A stretch of DNA of 64,000 nt from Cyanobacteria bacterium P01_A01_bin.123 (lineage in GTDB: Bacteria > Cyanobacteriota > Cyanobacteriia > Phormidesmidales > Phormidesmidaceae): contig JBCBZT010000026.1 in NCBI GenBank assembly GCA_039815185.1, forward strand, positions 1 to 64,000, given 5' to 3'. The position numbers were made by a program, and so were the translations under genes. The notes under the pieces are model-generated. The model was not told the DNA's origin. It ran no database searches and worked only from the letters and a program-made list of their open reading frames with translations. Positions 51,395 through 62,556 of the stretch are shown here, piece by piece; position 1 is the stretch's first letter, and the number at the start of each line of letters is the position of its first letter.

Positions 51395-54300
51395 ATGGAT
51401 TCATTTAAGCATAATAATCAGTTTGAAGGCGTACATGTCTGGTTTGAACAGCAAGTTGATAAGGCTCCAGACGCGATCGCTATTGTGTCTGGCATGCAGC
51501 AATATAGCTATCGAGAACTTAATCACCAGGCGAATCAATTAGCAAGATATCTAAAAAAGTTAGATGTTAAGCCAGAAACACTGATCGGCATCTGCGTAGA
51601 GCGATCGCCAATTATGATAGTTGCGCTATTAGCCGTGCTAAAAGCTGGTGGTGCATACGTCCCTATTGACCCGACGTACCCTAGAGAAAGAGTCACTCTG
51701 ATGCTGGAAGACTCACAGGTACCAATCGTTCTAACCCAGCAACAACATATCTCCAATCTGCCTACCCCCAAAGCCACCATTGTTTGTCTAGATACAGACT
51801 GGCCGGTCATTGCTGAAGAAAAAACAGCCAATTTAGACACAGCAATTACTAGCGACAATTTGGCCTACATCATCTATACCTCCGGCTCTACAGGTAAACC
51901 GAAAGGGGTAATGATCGAGCACCACGCTTTGGCAAATTTCGTTCAGGCGATTGGTCGGAACTACGAGATCATCGCAACTGATCGGGTCTTGCAATTTGCG
52001 TCTGTCAGCTTTGATGTAGCAGTTGAAGAAATCTTTGTCACCTTAGCCAAAGGGGCGACCCTGATCCTACGCTCTCAAGACATGCTGCGGTCTATTCCAG
52101 CATTTCTGGAAACCTGTAAAGCATGGGACTTAACAGTTCTGAATTTACCCACTGCCTTCTGGCACAAAATTTGTGCTGAATTACCCCAGACCGAAATTCC
52201 AACCTGTGTAAGGCTAGTCGTCATTGGTAGCGAACGTGCCATACCCCGTTGGCTGACGATCTGGCAGCAGCATGCCCCAAATCATGTTCGTCTCATCAAT
52301 GCCTATGGTCCAACTGAGGCTACCGTAGGGTCAACTTTATGTGATTTAGCTGGCCCCCATGCGGTAGACACAACCGATAAACGGATACTACCTATTGGTA
52401 AACCGATTGACCACGTACAAATTTACGTCCTGAATCCAGACCTCCAGCCTGTTGGGGTTGGCGTCACTGGTGAGTTATACATTGCTGGGGCAGGGCTAGC
52501 TCGTGGGTACTTAAATCGCCCTGATCTGACTGCCGTTCGCTTTATCTATATGCAATGTGGAGAGGGGCAAATTCGTCTCTATAGGACGGGTGATTTAGTT
52601 CGTTATCGCGAAGACGGTCACCTCGAATTCCTTGGCCGAAGCGATCATCAGGAAAAAATTCGCGGCTTTCGCATTGAGTTAAATGAAATCGAAACCATCC
52701 TGGAACAACATTCAAACGTACAGCAGGCGCTGGTTCTGGCGCGGGAAGATGTTCCAGGGGATAAGCGGCTGGTAGCCTATATCGTACTGGCCTCATCCGT
52801 ATCCACTGGCAACCTGCTTGATAAACCAAAGCATCGTTTGGTACCCCATCTCCGCTCTTATCTGCGCGGCAAACTACCCAGTTACATGGTGCCTTCATCA
52901 TTCGTGTTACTGAATAGTCTGCCTCTCAGTCCAAATGGCAAGGTTGATCGGCGAGCCCTACCGGCACCTACTGCAGCACGTCCTGCCCTAGATGAAATCT
53001 ATGTTGCCCCTTGCACACCACTAGAGCAAACATTGGCTCAACTTTGGTCAGCAGTATTAGGCATCGCTGAAATTGGGGTGAACGACAACTTTTTTGAGCT
53101 AGGGGGTGACTCGCTGCAAACAACCCAGCTCATTTCTCAGATTGAAAAGAACCATCAGGTCGTTATCCCGCTTCTTGACTTTTTCAAAATACCAACCATT
53201 AGGGGACTGGCCATCCTCATTCAGGAAGTTCGGACAGATCAGCAAGTATCTACTGAACATATGACTCTGCCGCAACTGCAAGCACAGGTTGTGCTAGAGG
53301 CATCTATTCAACCGCAATACCTTGCGGAAACAGCAGCCGAGCCCAAAGCCATTTTTCTAACAGGTAGTACTGGATTCGTCGGAGCATTTCTCCTACATGA
53401 ACTCCTGCAGCAAACCCAGGCCAAGGTTTATTGCCTGGTGCGGGCTCGACATTTCTCCGAAGTCCATCAAAAAATCTGCACCACCCTAGAACGCTACTTT
53501 AATCAAGTCGAGACCTACTATTCACGTATTATTCCAGTTATTGGCGACCTAGCTCAGCCCCGATTAGGACTAACAGAGCGACGGTTTCAAGCGTTAGCTG
53601 ACTCGATTGATGTCATCTATCACTGTGGTGCGAATGTCAATTTGCTTTATCCTTACACAGCCTTGCACAGTACCAATGTAATCGGCACCCATGAGATTTT
53701 GAGGCTGGCAAGTTACGGTCAACCCAAACGTCTCCACTATCTCTCCACCCTGGATGTCTTTGAGTCAGTGGCGAAAACAGGGGTAAAAGTTTTCCATGAG
53801 AATGACAGCATTGATCGCGGTCAGGGCATCTCTAGCGGCTATGCTCAGAGCAAATGGATTGCCGAGCAGCTCGTGAAGCGAGCTGCCGAACGAGGTTTAT
53901 CAGTCTGCATTTATCGACCGGGAATGGTAACAGGGCATAGTCAGAGCGGTCACTCGAACACCGCCGACGTGCTCTGTCGTTTTGTGAAGAGTATGATCCA
54001 ACTCCGGCAAGCTCCAGATTTAGATCTGATGCTAGATATGACCCCAGTGGATTATGTGAGCCGGGCAATTGTGCAGCTTTCGTTACAGTCTGAACTATCA
54101 GGACAAACCTTTCATCTGGTTAACCCTAACCCTCTAGCCTTATCCCAGCTCGTAAATGTGCTATGTACCAGAGGCTTCCCGATTCAGCGGGCTCCCTACT
54201 TGCAGTGGCAGGCCAAGCTCAAACTAGAACCCAATGCCCTCAGTCCGTTGGCTGCGCTCTTAACACAAGCAAACGAAGACGATCAGCGCACTGGCCTAGA

Positions 54301-54484
54301 AATGTGGCTTGGCGGCAGCGATCAGTTTGACTGCACCAACACACACCAAGGCTTACAAAACTCTATTACCTGTCCTTCTGCCAACCCAAAGCTAGTAGAC
54401 ACCTATCTCAACTATTTCATCCAGAGTGGCTTTATCCAGGCTACATCTGCTTACTCCGTCTCTACTTCCTTACCCAGTGAATGA
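51395..54484 (+). CDS. Stand-alone NRPS-like enzyme: adenylation - PCP - thioester reductase (A-T-R)
   Basis: A domain: YIIYTSGSTGKPKG, NAYGPTE, GELYIAG, YRTGD, NGKVDR. PCP: FFELGGDSL. R domain: FLTGSTGFVG, GYAQSKW. No condensation domain. Confidence 0.95.
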   Translation: MDSFKHNNQFEGVHVWFEQQVDKAPDAIAIVSGMQQYSYRELNHQANQLARYLKKLDVKPETLIGICVERSPIMIVALLAVLKAGGAYVPIDPTYPRERVTLMLEDSQVPIVLTQQQHISNLPTPKATIVCLDTDWPVIAEEKTANLDTAITSDNLAYIIYTSGSTGKPKGVMIEHHALANFVQAIGRNYEIIATDRVLQFASVSFDVAVEEIFVTLAKGATLILRSQDMLRSIPAFLETCKAWDLTVLNLPTAFWHKICAELPQTEIPTCVRLVVIGSERAIPRWLTIWQQHAPNHVRLINAYGPTEATVGSTLCDLAGPHAVDTTDKRILPIGKPIDHVQIYVLNPDLQPVGVGVTGELYIAGAGLARGYLNRPDLTAVRFIYMQCGEGQIRLYRTGDLVRYREDGHLEFLGRSDHQEKIRGFRIELNEIETILEQHSNVQQALVLAREDVPGDKRLVAYIVLASSVSTGNLLDKPKHRLVPHLRSYLRGKLPSYMVPSSFVLLNSLPLSPNGKVDRRALPAPTAARPALDEIYVAPCTPLEQTLAQLWSAVLGIAEIGVNDNFFELGGDSLQTTQLISQIEKNHQVVIPLLDFFKIPTIRGLAILIQEVRTDQQVSTEHMTLPQLQAQVVLEASIQPQYLAETAAEPKAIFLTGSTGFVGAFLLHELLQQTQAKVYCLVRARHFSEVHQKICTTLERYFNQVETYYSRIIPVIGDLAQPRLGLTERRFQALADSIDVIYHCGANVNLLYPYTALHSTNVIGTHEILRLASYGQPKRLHYLSTLDVFESVAKTGVKVFHENDSIDRGQGISSGYAQSKWIAEQLVKRAAERGLSVCIYRPGMVTGHSQSGHSNTADVLCRFVKSMIQLRQAPDLDLMLDMTPVDYVSRAIVQLSLQSELSGQTFHLVNPNPLALSQLVNVLCTRGFPIQRAPYLQWQAKLKLEPNALSPLAALLTQANEDDQRTGLEMWLGGSDQFDCTNTHQGLQNSITCPSANPKLVDTYLNYFIQSGFIQATSAYSVSTSLPSE

Positions 54485-55881
54485 CAATGAAAACCATGCT
54501 GTCAGGATCAAAGGTTCTTGCAGAAATTAAGTCTTGCACCATGCTGTCTATTCCCCTAGCAGCCGCCCAAGTTACCGACTCTATCACTGGTTTTGTCGAC
54601 ACCATGATGATGGGTTGGCTAGGAAGCCAATCGCTGGCTGCTGGGGCACTAGGCGCGATCTCGTTTAACTATTTATTGTGGATTACCACATCTATTGTCT
54701 CTGCTGTGAGCCCGCTGACAGCGCAAGCCTATGGCAAGGGAAATCCCCAAACCGTAAGGCAGATTTTACAGCAAGGGTTATGGTTAGCAAGCATCTTGGG
54801 TGCTCCCATAACTTTGCTACTTTGGCATGGCGGCACAATCCTGCATTATCTAGGACAAGACCCCAATACGATTGTCTTTACGGAACAATATCTGAAGGCG
54901 ATCGCTTGGGGATTTATCCCTGCCATCGGCTTCTCAGTTTTAAAGGGGTTTGTCTCTGCGCTCTCCCACCCACGGGTCGTCATGCTGATGGTGATTTTGG
55001 GCGTTTTGCTTAACATCTGTGGCAATTATGTGCTGATGTTCGGCAAGTTTGGCCTACCAGCTCTAGGGTTAGCTGGTATTGGCTGGGCCAGCACCTTATC
55101 ACTGTGGAGCACATTTCTCCTAATGCTGTTATATGTTTCTTGCCGCAAGTACTTTGCCGTCTTCAAACTTTGGTCTAAGCTACAGTTCAACCATCGCATA
55201 TTGAGTGAACTATTGCGGGTTGGCTTGCCAATTGGTGGGTTAATGTTAGTCGAAGCTGGTATCAGTGCAGTGGGTACCTTTTTGGCCGGACAATTAGGCA
55301 CTACGTCTCTAGCAGCTCACCAAATTGCCTACCAAACAGCTGGCATTATTACCTATCAGGTTGCCAGTGGCATTTCTATCGCTACCACCATACGCGTAGG
55401 CCAGTTCGTAGGTCAAAATAAGGTTCAAGCGAGCCGTTTAGCCGGATTTGTCGGCATTGGCCTAGCTGGAGCCTGCATGGGGGTATTTAGTCTAGCGTTT
55501 GTGCTAATTCCCAATCAAATTGTGGGGCTATATCTGGATGTGTCTCAGCCTGATACGGCCGATGTTGCAGCCCTTGCTAAAACCCTGCTAATCATTGCTG
55601 CACTGTTTCAAATGATTGATGGGGCTCAAGTCACCGCTGCTGGGGCACTGCGAGGTCTAAAGGATACCCAAGTACCAATGCTCATTGGAATCATGGCTCA
55701 TTGGGTCATTGGCCTACCTGTTAGTTATGTGTTGGGTATGCAGTTGGGTTTCGGTGTAGTCGGGCTTTGGTTAGGCGTTGCCACAGGACTAAGCATTGCT
55801 GCCATTGTCCTCATCTGGCGTTTTAAGACAGAATCTTGGCGAGCTATTCGTCATAGTAATCATGTCTTACGAAACTGTTAG
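54481..55881 (+). CDS. MATE-family efflux transporter
   Basis: VDTMMMGWLG, FGLPALGLAGIGWA, LAAHQIA and GALRGLKDT; the start overlaps or abuts the NRPS stop. Confidence 0.94.
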   Translation: MTMKTMLSGSKVLAEIKSCTMLSIPLAAAQVTDSITGFVDTMMMGWLGSQSLAAGALGAISFNYLLWITTSIVSAVSPLTAQAYGKGNPQTVRQILQQGLWLASILGAPITLLLWHGGTILHYLGQDPNTIVFTEQYLKAIAWGFIPAIGFSVLKGFVSALSHPRVVMLMVILGVLLNICGNYVLMFGKFGLPALGLAGIGWASTLSLWSTFLLMLLYVSCRKYFAVFKLWSKLQFNHRILSELLRVGLPIGGLMLVEAGISAVGTFLAGQLGTTSLAAHQIAYQTAGIITYQVASGISIATTIRVGQFVGQNKVQASRLAGFVGIGLAGACMGVFSLAFVLIPNQIVGLYLDVSQPDTADVAALAKTLLIIAALFQMIDGAQVTAAGALRGLKDTQVPMLIGIMAHWVIGLPVSYVLGMQLGFGVVGLWLGVATGLSIAAIVLIWRFKTESWRAIRHSNHVLRNC

Positions 55882-56125
55882 CAACCTAAGACCAAACCAA
55901 TACATCCAAGCCTGATAAATAATTATCGAGTTGGGCACTCTAAGAGCGGGAACAGTTCCTAATTATCAAATATCAATTCATCTTTTTTATAAAAGAGAAT
56001 TAGAGGCATTCAGATTCGAGGAATACTACTTAACTCAAAACCAAAAATATCTGCTGATTACCTGAAAGAACTTTAACATTTCTTCACTGTCTACGCCATC
56101 TCTCAGAAACTGATAGGTTTGCAAA

Positions 56126-59062
56126 ATGAGACTGCCATTCAATCGATTAAGACGTACAGATCAATATCAACGTAAAATCCCCCTGCGACTGATCTTGGTG
56201 GTACCGTTTGTTGTAGAAATATCTGCTGCAGTAGGCTTAACAGGTTATCTCTCACTGCAAAATGGCCAACGAGCCGTCAACGAATTGGCGGGCCGACTTA
56301 GATATGAAGTCAGTAATCGAATTGATCAGGAGTTAGATCAGTATCTAACCATAGCTCAGCGGGTTACCCAGAATAATGGTGCCGCTTTCGATTTAGGCTT
56401 ATTAAACCCAGAGAACTTAGAGCAACTAGGTCACTATTTCTGGCAGCAAATGCAGATTTATCCCGTTGGCTACATTCTCTATGGAACCACATCTGGAGAT
56501 ATGGCGGCTGCAGGAGACTATTTCGAAAACGGGCAGATCGCAATTCACGAATCTTCACCTCGCTTACACCAGAATTCTAGTCTGTATACCTACCTCACTG
56601 ATGAGCAAGGGAATCGAACTGAACTAGGCGAAGTATTGCCTGATCATTCTTTCTATCAAGAAGGGTGGTATGCCGAAACCATTCGCTTAGGTCGTCCTAG
56701 TTGGACTCCGATTTATCAGTGGGAAACAGCGCCTTACACCTTATCTGTGGCGATCGCCCGTCCCGTTTATGATCCATCAGGAGAAATTATTGGCAGTATC
56801 GCTACAGAGCAGCCTCTGTCTGAAATCGGTGATTTTTTGAAAAACCTAAACGTCAGTCCCTCGGGCAAAACATTTATCCTGGAGCGTGATGGTTCACTGG
56901 TTGCAAGTTCCAGTGAGGAAGAACCTTACACATTAGTTGATGGCAAACCAGAGCGATTACAAGCAACAGATAGCTCTGATCCATTTATTCAATCTACGGC
57001 CGATTACCTGATAGCAAGGTTTGGAGATCTGAATAATATTACTGTTTCACAACAGATTGATTTTTGGATTGAAGATCAGCACCAGTTTGTTCAAGTTACG
57101 CCTTGGCAAGATGAGCTTGGATTAGATTGGCTCATGGTGGTAGTAGTCCCAGAGTCCGATTTCATGGAACAGATCGAGGCTAATACTCGCACAACAATCA
57201 TCCTTTGTCTAATGGCCCTGGTCGTTGCACTTGTATTGGGATATTTTACGTCTCGCTGGATTGCTGAACCTATTCTCCAGATTAGCCATGCCTCAGAGGC
57301 GATCGCCAATGGAGATCTTGATCAAACAGTAGAAGCCTCAAACGTGAACGAGCTTAATGTACTTTCTCATGCATTCAACCGCATGGCTCAGCAACTGAAG
57401 GAATCTTTCACAGCCTTGGCCAAGACTAATGAAGAACTAGAACTCCGTGTAAAGCAACGTACCCTTGAACTACAAGAGGCAAAGGAGTCCGCCGAGGTTG
57501 CTAATACTGCCAAGAGCGAGTTTTTAGCCAATATGAGCCATGAATTGCGAACCCCAATGAACGCCATCATTGGCTATAGCGAAATGTTACAAGAAGAAGC
57601 TGAAGAGATGAATGAAGACATCTTTAGCCAAGATTTAAATAAAATTCACGGTGCAGGCAAACATCTCCTAAATCTAATTAATGACATACTAGATTTATCA
57701 AAAATTGAAGCTGGTCACATGGAACTTTTCTTAGAAAACTTTCAGATCAGAGACCTAATTAATGAAATAGAAGCAACTATTTCACCACTCATTGAGAAGA
57801 ATAAAAACCAACTAATCATCCATTGCCCTGAAGGGATCGGTAGCATAAAGGCCGACCTCACAAAAGTTCGTCAGTCACTACTTAATCTGCTAAGTAATGC
57901 CTCTAAATTCACTCAACAAGGGACAATAGCCCTGACCGTGAGTCGTTACAGTTTTAATGAACAGCCTTGGCTGAGCTTTAAGGTGAGCGATAGTGGCATT
58001 GGGATGACATCAGAACAGATGAAAAAGTTATTCCAAGCATTTAGTCAAGCCGACGCTTCAACCACTCGAAAATATGGTGGTACAGGTCTAGGTTTAGCGA
58101 TTACTAAGAAATTTTGTGAAATGATGGGAGGAACCATCGAAGTAGAAAGTCAGATCAACAAAGGCAGTACCTTTAGTATAAATTTACCAGCAGAAGTTGG
58201 TACAAAATTATCTGACAGCGAGGTGAACAAATTAACTGCTCCTGAAAGCCTTAGTCCTCGAAAATCAACGGTTTTGGTTATTGATGACGATCCTGCAGCC
58301 CAGGATATTCTCCAGCGTTTTCTCAATAAGCAAGGATTTGATGTTATCGCAGCAAGCAACGGTAAAGAAGGACTAAGATTAGCCGAAGAGAAACAGCCAG
58401 ATGCCATTACTTTAGATGTGATGATGCCAGAGATGGATGGCTGGGAAGTTTTGAGCAAGTTAAAAGCTAATCAGACAGTCGCCCATATCCCAGTCATTAT
58501 GATGACTATGGTAGACAACAAGAATTTAGGATATGCCTTAGGCGCAGCTGATTACCTTCTTAAACCCGTCGATCGCCAACAATTAGCATCAGTCCTCCAA
58601 AAGTACCAGATCAAAAAATCTCCATCTATTCTACTCGTCGTAGAAGATGACTCGATTACTCGTGAAATGCTAAAGCGACAACTAGACATAGAAAATGTCA
58701 AAGTTATTGAGGCTTCCGATGGAAGACAAGCGCTCAGCCTCATGCAATCGACAAAGCCAGGCGTCATTATTCTTGATTTAATGATGCAAAATATGGATGG
58801 TTTCGAGCTCATTTGCCAGCTTCAAAATCAACCTGATTGGCAGTCAGTTCCGGTAGTGGTTATTACAGCTAAAGAACTCACAAGAGCAGAAAGAGAATAC
58901 CTCAACAGTCGGGTTCAGCAAATCTTCCAAAAAGGTGCTTATGATCGCAACACCTTACTTAATGAGGTAACCAGTCTGCTTTCTAAGGCATTAGACCAAG
59001 GAAAACCTGATAATCAAGAATCTACTCTAGATGAACCCAATAATGTCTTGATTGAGAAGTAA
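56126..59062 (+). CDS. Membrane hybrid histidine kinase: TM-Cache-TM-HAMP-HisKA-HATPase-REC-REC
   Basis: Two TM segments flank a periplasmic domain with WY...WTPIY Cache-like motifs; [24 protein letters not shown]; two REC domains ([16 protein letters not shown]). Confidence 0.93.
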   Translation: MRLPFNRLRRTDQYQRKIPLRLILVVPFVVEISAAVGLTGYLSLQNGQRAVNELAGRLRYEVSNRIDQELDQYLTIAQRVTQNNGAAFDLGLLNPENLEQLGHYFWQQMQIYPVGYILYGTTSGDMAAAGDYFENGQIAIHESSPRLHQNSSLYTYLTDEQGNRTELGEVLPDHSFYQEGWYAETIRLGRPSWTPIYQWETAPYTLSVAIARPVYDPSGEIIGSIATEQPLSEIGDFLKNLNVSPSGKTFILERDGSLVASSSEEEPYTLVDGKPERLQATDSSDPFIQSTADYLIARFGDLNNITVSQQIDFWIEDQHQFVQVTPWQDELGLDWLMVVVVPESDFMEQIEANTRTTIILCLMALVVALVLGYFTSRWIAEPILQISHASEAIANGDLDQTVEASNVNELNVLSHAFNRMAQQLKESFTALAKTNEELELRVKQRTLELQEAKESAEVANTAKSEFLANMSHELRTPMNAIIGYSEMLQEEAEEMNEDIFSQDLNKIHGAGKHLLNLINDILDLSKIEAGHMELFLENFQIRDLINEIEATISPLIEKNKNQLIIHCPEGIGSIKADLTKVRQSLLNLLSNASKFTQQGTIALTVSRYSFNEQPWLSFKVSDSGIGMTSEQMKKLFQAFSQADASTTRKYGGTGLGLAITKKFCEMMGGTIEVESQINKGSTFSINLPAEVGTKLSDSEVNKLTAPESLSPRKSTVLVIDDDPAAQDILQRFLNKQGFDVIAASNGKEGLRLAEEKQPDAITLDVMMPEMDGWEVLSKLKANQTVAHIPVIMMTMVDNKNLGYALGAADYLLKPVDRQQLASVLQKYQIKKSPSILLVVEDDSITREMLKRQLDIENVKVIEASDGRQALSLMQSTKPGVIILDLMMQNMDGFELICQLQNQPDWQSVPVVVITAKELTRAEREYLNSRVQQIFQKGAYDRNTLLNEVTSLLSKALDQGKPDNQESTLDEPNNVLIEK

Positions 59063-59151
59063 AGGATAGAATTTTCAGACACCGCTGAGACAAAGAGTCA
59101 GAAGTAAGAAATATTAGTTTTGATCAACTTAGAAATTTAAGGAGAGAAACC

Positions 59152-59529
59152 ATGACCAAAATACTCTTGGTTGAAGACAACGAAATGAATCAAGATATGC
59201 TGTCGAGGCGATTAGTTCGCAAAGGCTATGACATCATTATTGCTTCAGATGGGGCCGAAGGATTAGCCAAGTCAAAATCAGACAATCCCGATCTAATTCT
59301 CATGGATATGAGCTTACCTGTGATCGATGGTTGGGAAGCAACTCGACAGCTAAAGGCAGACCCGAAGACCCATACCATTCCAGTGATAGCGCTAACGGCC
59401 CATGCTATGTCAGGCGATCGAGAAAAAGCATTGGCAGCCGGTTGCGATGATTATGACACAAAGCCAATTGAGCTCGCACGACTAATCAACAAAATCAAGA
59501 ATTTGCTGCAGCAAGGACAGCTTGTATAA
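59152..59529 (+). CDS. Single-domain response regulator (CheY/DivK-like)
   Basis: ILLVEDN, LILMDMSLP, ALTAHAM and TKP; AAGGAG ribosome-binding site. Confidence 0.95.
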   Translation: MTKILLVEDNEMNQDMLSRRLVRKGYDIIIASDGAEGLAKSKSDNPDLILMDMSLPVIDGWEATRQLKADPKTHTIPVIALTAHAMSGDREKALAAGCDDYDTKPIELARLINKIKNLLQQGQLV

Positions 59530-59555
59530 GGGTGTTGGCACACCCTTATACAAGC
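59520..59555 (+). terminator. Perfect 16-bp-stem hairpin overlapping the response regulator stop codon
   Basis: GCTTGTATAAGGGTGT-TGGC-ACACCCTTATACAAGC. Confidence 0.6.
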
Positions 59556-59653
59556 CTTATCTCAGAAACTTGAACCTAACCTAAGTCAATCTAGATCCTT
59601 GAGAGTGCCCTATATAAGGGTTGGCGATCAATTTTTATCAAAAATCACTGGCT

Positions 59654-61441
59654 ATGATTGCTAATTTTGAGATTACAACTTCCCTCCTAGCATTCTGGCG
59701 TCATGAACTGTATGCGCCTCTCAATACTATTCAAGGATATAGTGGCCTAATTATTGATGAATTGGAAGATCAATATGGCTCTCAGAGGGATAATAACGTC
59801 ATTGAAATCTTGTCTAGCATCTTAAAATTCAGCAAAGAGATTCAGGAAATCATTGGCAACACACTTGATTCTAAAATCTTAGATGATAGAGAATGTGTTC
59901 GCAATATCATCGATTTAAGATATCTGTTAGAACAAAAGCTAATCAACAAGATTGACCAAATCAACCTGGACGTGCAAAGGATATTAACAGAGTATTCTAT
60001 AGGATTTGATTCAGATCTAGACAAGATTATAAAGTCTACTCATAACTTGAAGAGCTTATTGAGCGGCAATTTGCTTTGGTTGAAGGATTTCTCACCAACT
60101 GTTGAGCCCTCTCAACCTGAAAATAATTTTGTTGGCTTGAAAAAGAGCACAGATCAAAACAAATCAACGCTTAGTGATATAGAGCAATCTCTGAGGATTA
60201 TCAGGCATACCCACTATGATAGACAATACAACCCTCAAGACTTTAAAATTTTAGTTGTTGACAATAATAGAAGTAATCAAGAGCTACTCTATCGTCAACT
60301 TGAGCGGGAAGCCTACCATGTCGATACAGTAGAATCTGGGGAAGAAGCAATCCAAGTAATTCAGGATAAAAACTATGACTTAATCCTTCTAGATATCATA
60401 ATGCCGGGGTTGAATGGCTACCAAGTGCTGCATTATTTAAAGTGTAGCCAGTGGAAAAATATACCTGTCATTATGATCTCTTCCCTGAATGAGATAGATA
60501 GTATTACAAAATGCATCGAAATGGGTGCAGAAGATTACCTACCTAAACCTTTCAACTTTACTCTGCTAAGGGCTAGGATAGACGCTTGCTTAGAGAAGAA
60601 AGACTTACAAGATCAAGAAAAGATCTTTATTAATCAGCTGGCTTCTGCAAATAAAGAAATCGAAGCACTTAATGACAAGCTAAAAGCTGAGAATATTAGA
60701 CTGTCAACTGAGCTAGAGATTACTCGCCGACTACAGCAACTAATCTTACCAAAAGATTCTGAGCTTAGAGAGATTGAAGATATTGATATCGCTGGATTCA
60801 TGGAGCCTGCTGAAGAGGTCGGAGGAGACTACTATGATGTCCATGAATATAACGGAAGCGTTAATATCAGCATTGGAGATATTACAGGTCACGGTCTTGA
60901 AAGTGGACTGTTGATGATCATGGTTCAAACAGCTATTCGAACATTAATTGAAAATAACGAAACAGATCAGAAAAAGTTATTAAATACACTCAACCAAATT
61001 ATTATCAATAACGCCAAAAGAATTGAATCAGAGCGAAATTTAACACTTTTACTGATCAACTATGTTAAAGGAACCTTGAGCATTGCAGGTCAACATGAAG
61101 ACATTGTTATCGTTCGTGCCAGCGGCCAGATAGAACGTATCGATACTACCTATTTAGGGTTCCCAATTGGACTAGAAGAAGATATCAAGAGTTTTATCCA
61201 CGAAACTCAATTGAGTCTATCTTCGGGAGACGTCATGATTCTTTATACCGATGGAATCACAGAAGCAGAGAGTGAATGTGGAAACCAGTATGGCATGGAA
61301 CGTCTTTGTGACACAGTCCGAAAGAATCGTATGCACCCAGCTAAAACAATCAAAAAAATGGTGATTGATGATTTAAGAGCACACATCGGAGAAAATAAAA
61401 TTTTAGATGATTTAACCCTGCTTGTTCTGAAGCAGAAATAA
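59654..61441 (+). CDS. SpoIIE/PP2C phosphatase with N-terminal HisKA-like (DHp) and receiver domains
   Basis: RHELYAPLNTIQGYS; REC (LILLDIIMPG); PP2C motifs VGGDYYD, IGDITGHG, LYTDGITEA and DDLTL. Confidence 0.9.
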   Translation: MIANFEITTSLLAFWRHELYAPLNTIQGYSGLIIDELEDQYGSQRDNNVIEILSSILKFSKEIQEIIGNTLDSKILDDRECVRNIIDLRYLLEQKLINKIDQINLDVQRILTEYSIGFDSDLDKIIKSTHNLKSLLSGNLLWLKDFSPTVEPSQPENNFVGLKKSTDQNKSTLSDIEQSLRIIRHTHYDRQYNPQDFKILVVDNNRSNQELLYRQLEREAYHVDTVESGEEAIQVIQDKNYDLILLDIIMPGLNGYQVLHYLKCSQWKNIPVIMISSLNEIDSITKCIEMGAEDYLPKPFNFTLLRARIDACLEKKDLQDQEKIFINQLASANKEIEALNDKLKAENIRLSTELEITRRLQQLILPKDSELREIEDIDIAGFMEPAEEVGGDYYDVHEYNGSVNISIGDITGHGLESGLLMIMVQTAIRTLIENNETDQKKLLNTLNQIIINNAKRIESERNLTLLLINYVKGTLSIAGQHEDIVIVRASGQIERIDTTYLGFPIGLEEDIKSFIHETQLSLSSGDVMILYTDGITEAESECGNQYGMERLCDTVRKNRMHPAKTIKKMVIDDLRAHIGENKILDDLTLLVLKQK

Positions 61442-61477
61442 AAGCAGATAGTTTTTTGACGTCCATCATATTTAAAT

Positions 61478-62047
61478 ATGACTTTAATTTTAGGAGATTT
61501 TATTGAGTACCTCCCGTCCAAAAGGGATTCTGCAACAATCAACTTTACATTTAGCTACAACTCAGCCAATCATCAGTATTTAAATAATCACTTATCATTT
61601 GGCATTATCGCCATCCATATGCTTAAGTCTATTGGAATTCAGTTTTCAAATAATGCCACAGGCAAAGAAAATGAGATCAGAAATTCTGTTGACTATATTG
61701 CTAATGAACTGTTAGAAAACTCAATCAAGTATGGCGAACATTCTTTCCATGAAATCAATATCGAAATTCACGTCTTTGAATGTAGAGTTGTTATTATATC
61801 GACAAATTTAGTTAATGAGCTTAGAGAAAAATTGTTTCAAACATATATTCAGAAAATAATTACTTCAGATGTCTCAGAATTATACTTCAAGCAGTTAGAA
61901 GAGAATATTGACAACAACCAAAAATCTGGGCTTGGTTTATTAACGATTATAAATGATTATAAAGCTAAAGTTGGGTGGAAATTTGAATCTTCCGACCATG
62001 GATACGGGACTTTAAGTTCTGTAATGGTTCAGCTCCCAGCATCTTAG
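61478..62047 (+). CDS. Slr1658-like (SiaB / anti-sigma-type GHKL Ser/Thr kinase-like) regulator
   Basis: YIANELLENSIKY (N box) and SGLGLLTIINDY.AK.GWKF (G box-like). Confidence 0.78.
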   Translation: MTLILGDFIEYLPSKRDSATINFTFSYNSANHQYLNNHLSFGIIAIHMLKSIGIQFSNNATGKENEIRNSVDYIANELLENSIKYGEHSFHEINIEIHVFECRVVIISTNLVNELREKLFQTYIQKIITSDVSELYFKQLEENIDNNQKSGLGLLTIINDYKAKVGWKFESSDHGYGTLSSVMVQLPAS

Positions 62048-62099
62048 ACACATAAACACTTGAATTAACCCTAGTACAAAAGGATAAGCTGTCAAATTC

Positions 62100-62447
62100 A
62101 TGAATAATAAACTCGCAAAGTACTCGATCCATTATGACAGCGAATCTGAAACTATTAGCTTTAGCGGCAAGCTACGCTTTACCCAAACAGATCCTGAGTT
62201 TGCTGAGATCTCAGAATTGTTAAAAACAGTCCTTGAAAAGGATCCGCCACAGATTACACTCAACTTGGAAGAGTTAGAATTTTTGAACAGTCTAGGTATC
62301 AGCATGATTTCGAAGTTCATCATAAAGATTAGAAATAAAAAGAGTATTCACGCAATTGTTAAAGCTTCTCATGAAATTTCTTGGCAGGGTAAGTCTTTAG
62401 TGAATTTACAACGAATTATGCCCAGCCTCGAATTTACATGGGTATAA
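62100..62447 (+). CDS. Slr1659-like STAS / anti-anti-sigma-type protein
   Basis: ITLNLEELEFLNSLGISMISKF (STAS-like motif, first Ser retained) and WQGKSLVNLQR. Confidence 0.78.
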   Translation: MNNKLAKYSIHYDSESETISFSGKLRFTQTDPEFAEISELLKTVLEKDPPQITLNLEELEFLNSLGISMISKFIIKIRNKKSIHAIVKASHEISWQGKSLVNLQRIMPSLEFTWV

Positions 62448-62556
62448 ATAGAAAAGAATACTTTCATTCTTTGGAGAGTTCTACTTCTTCTATTGGGGAG
62501 CTTTTTCTCTCAAGATATAAAAATCCCACAAAAATGTAGATAAGCCGAAGAGAGAT

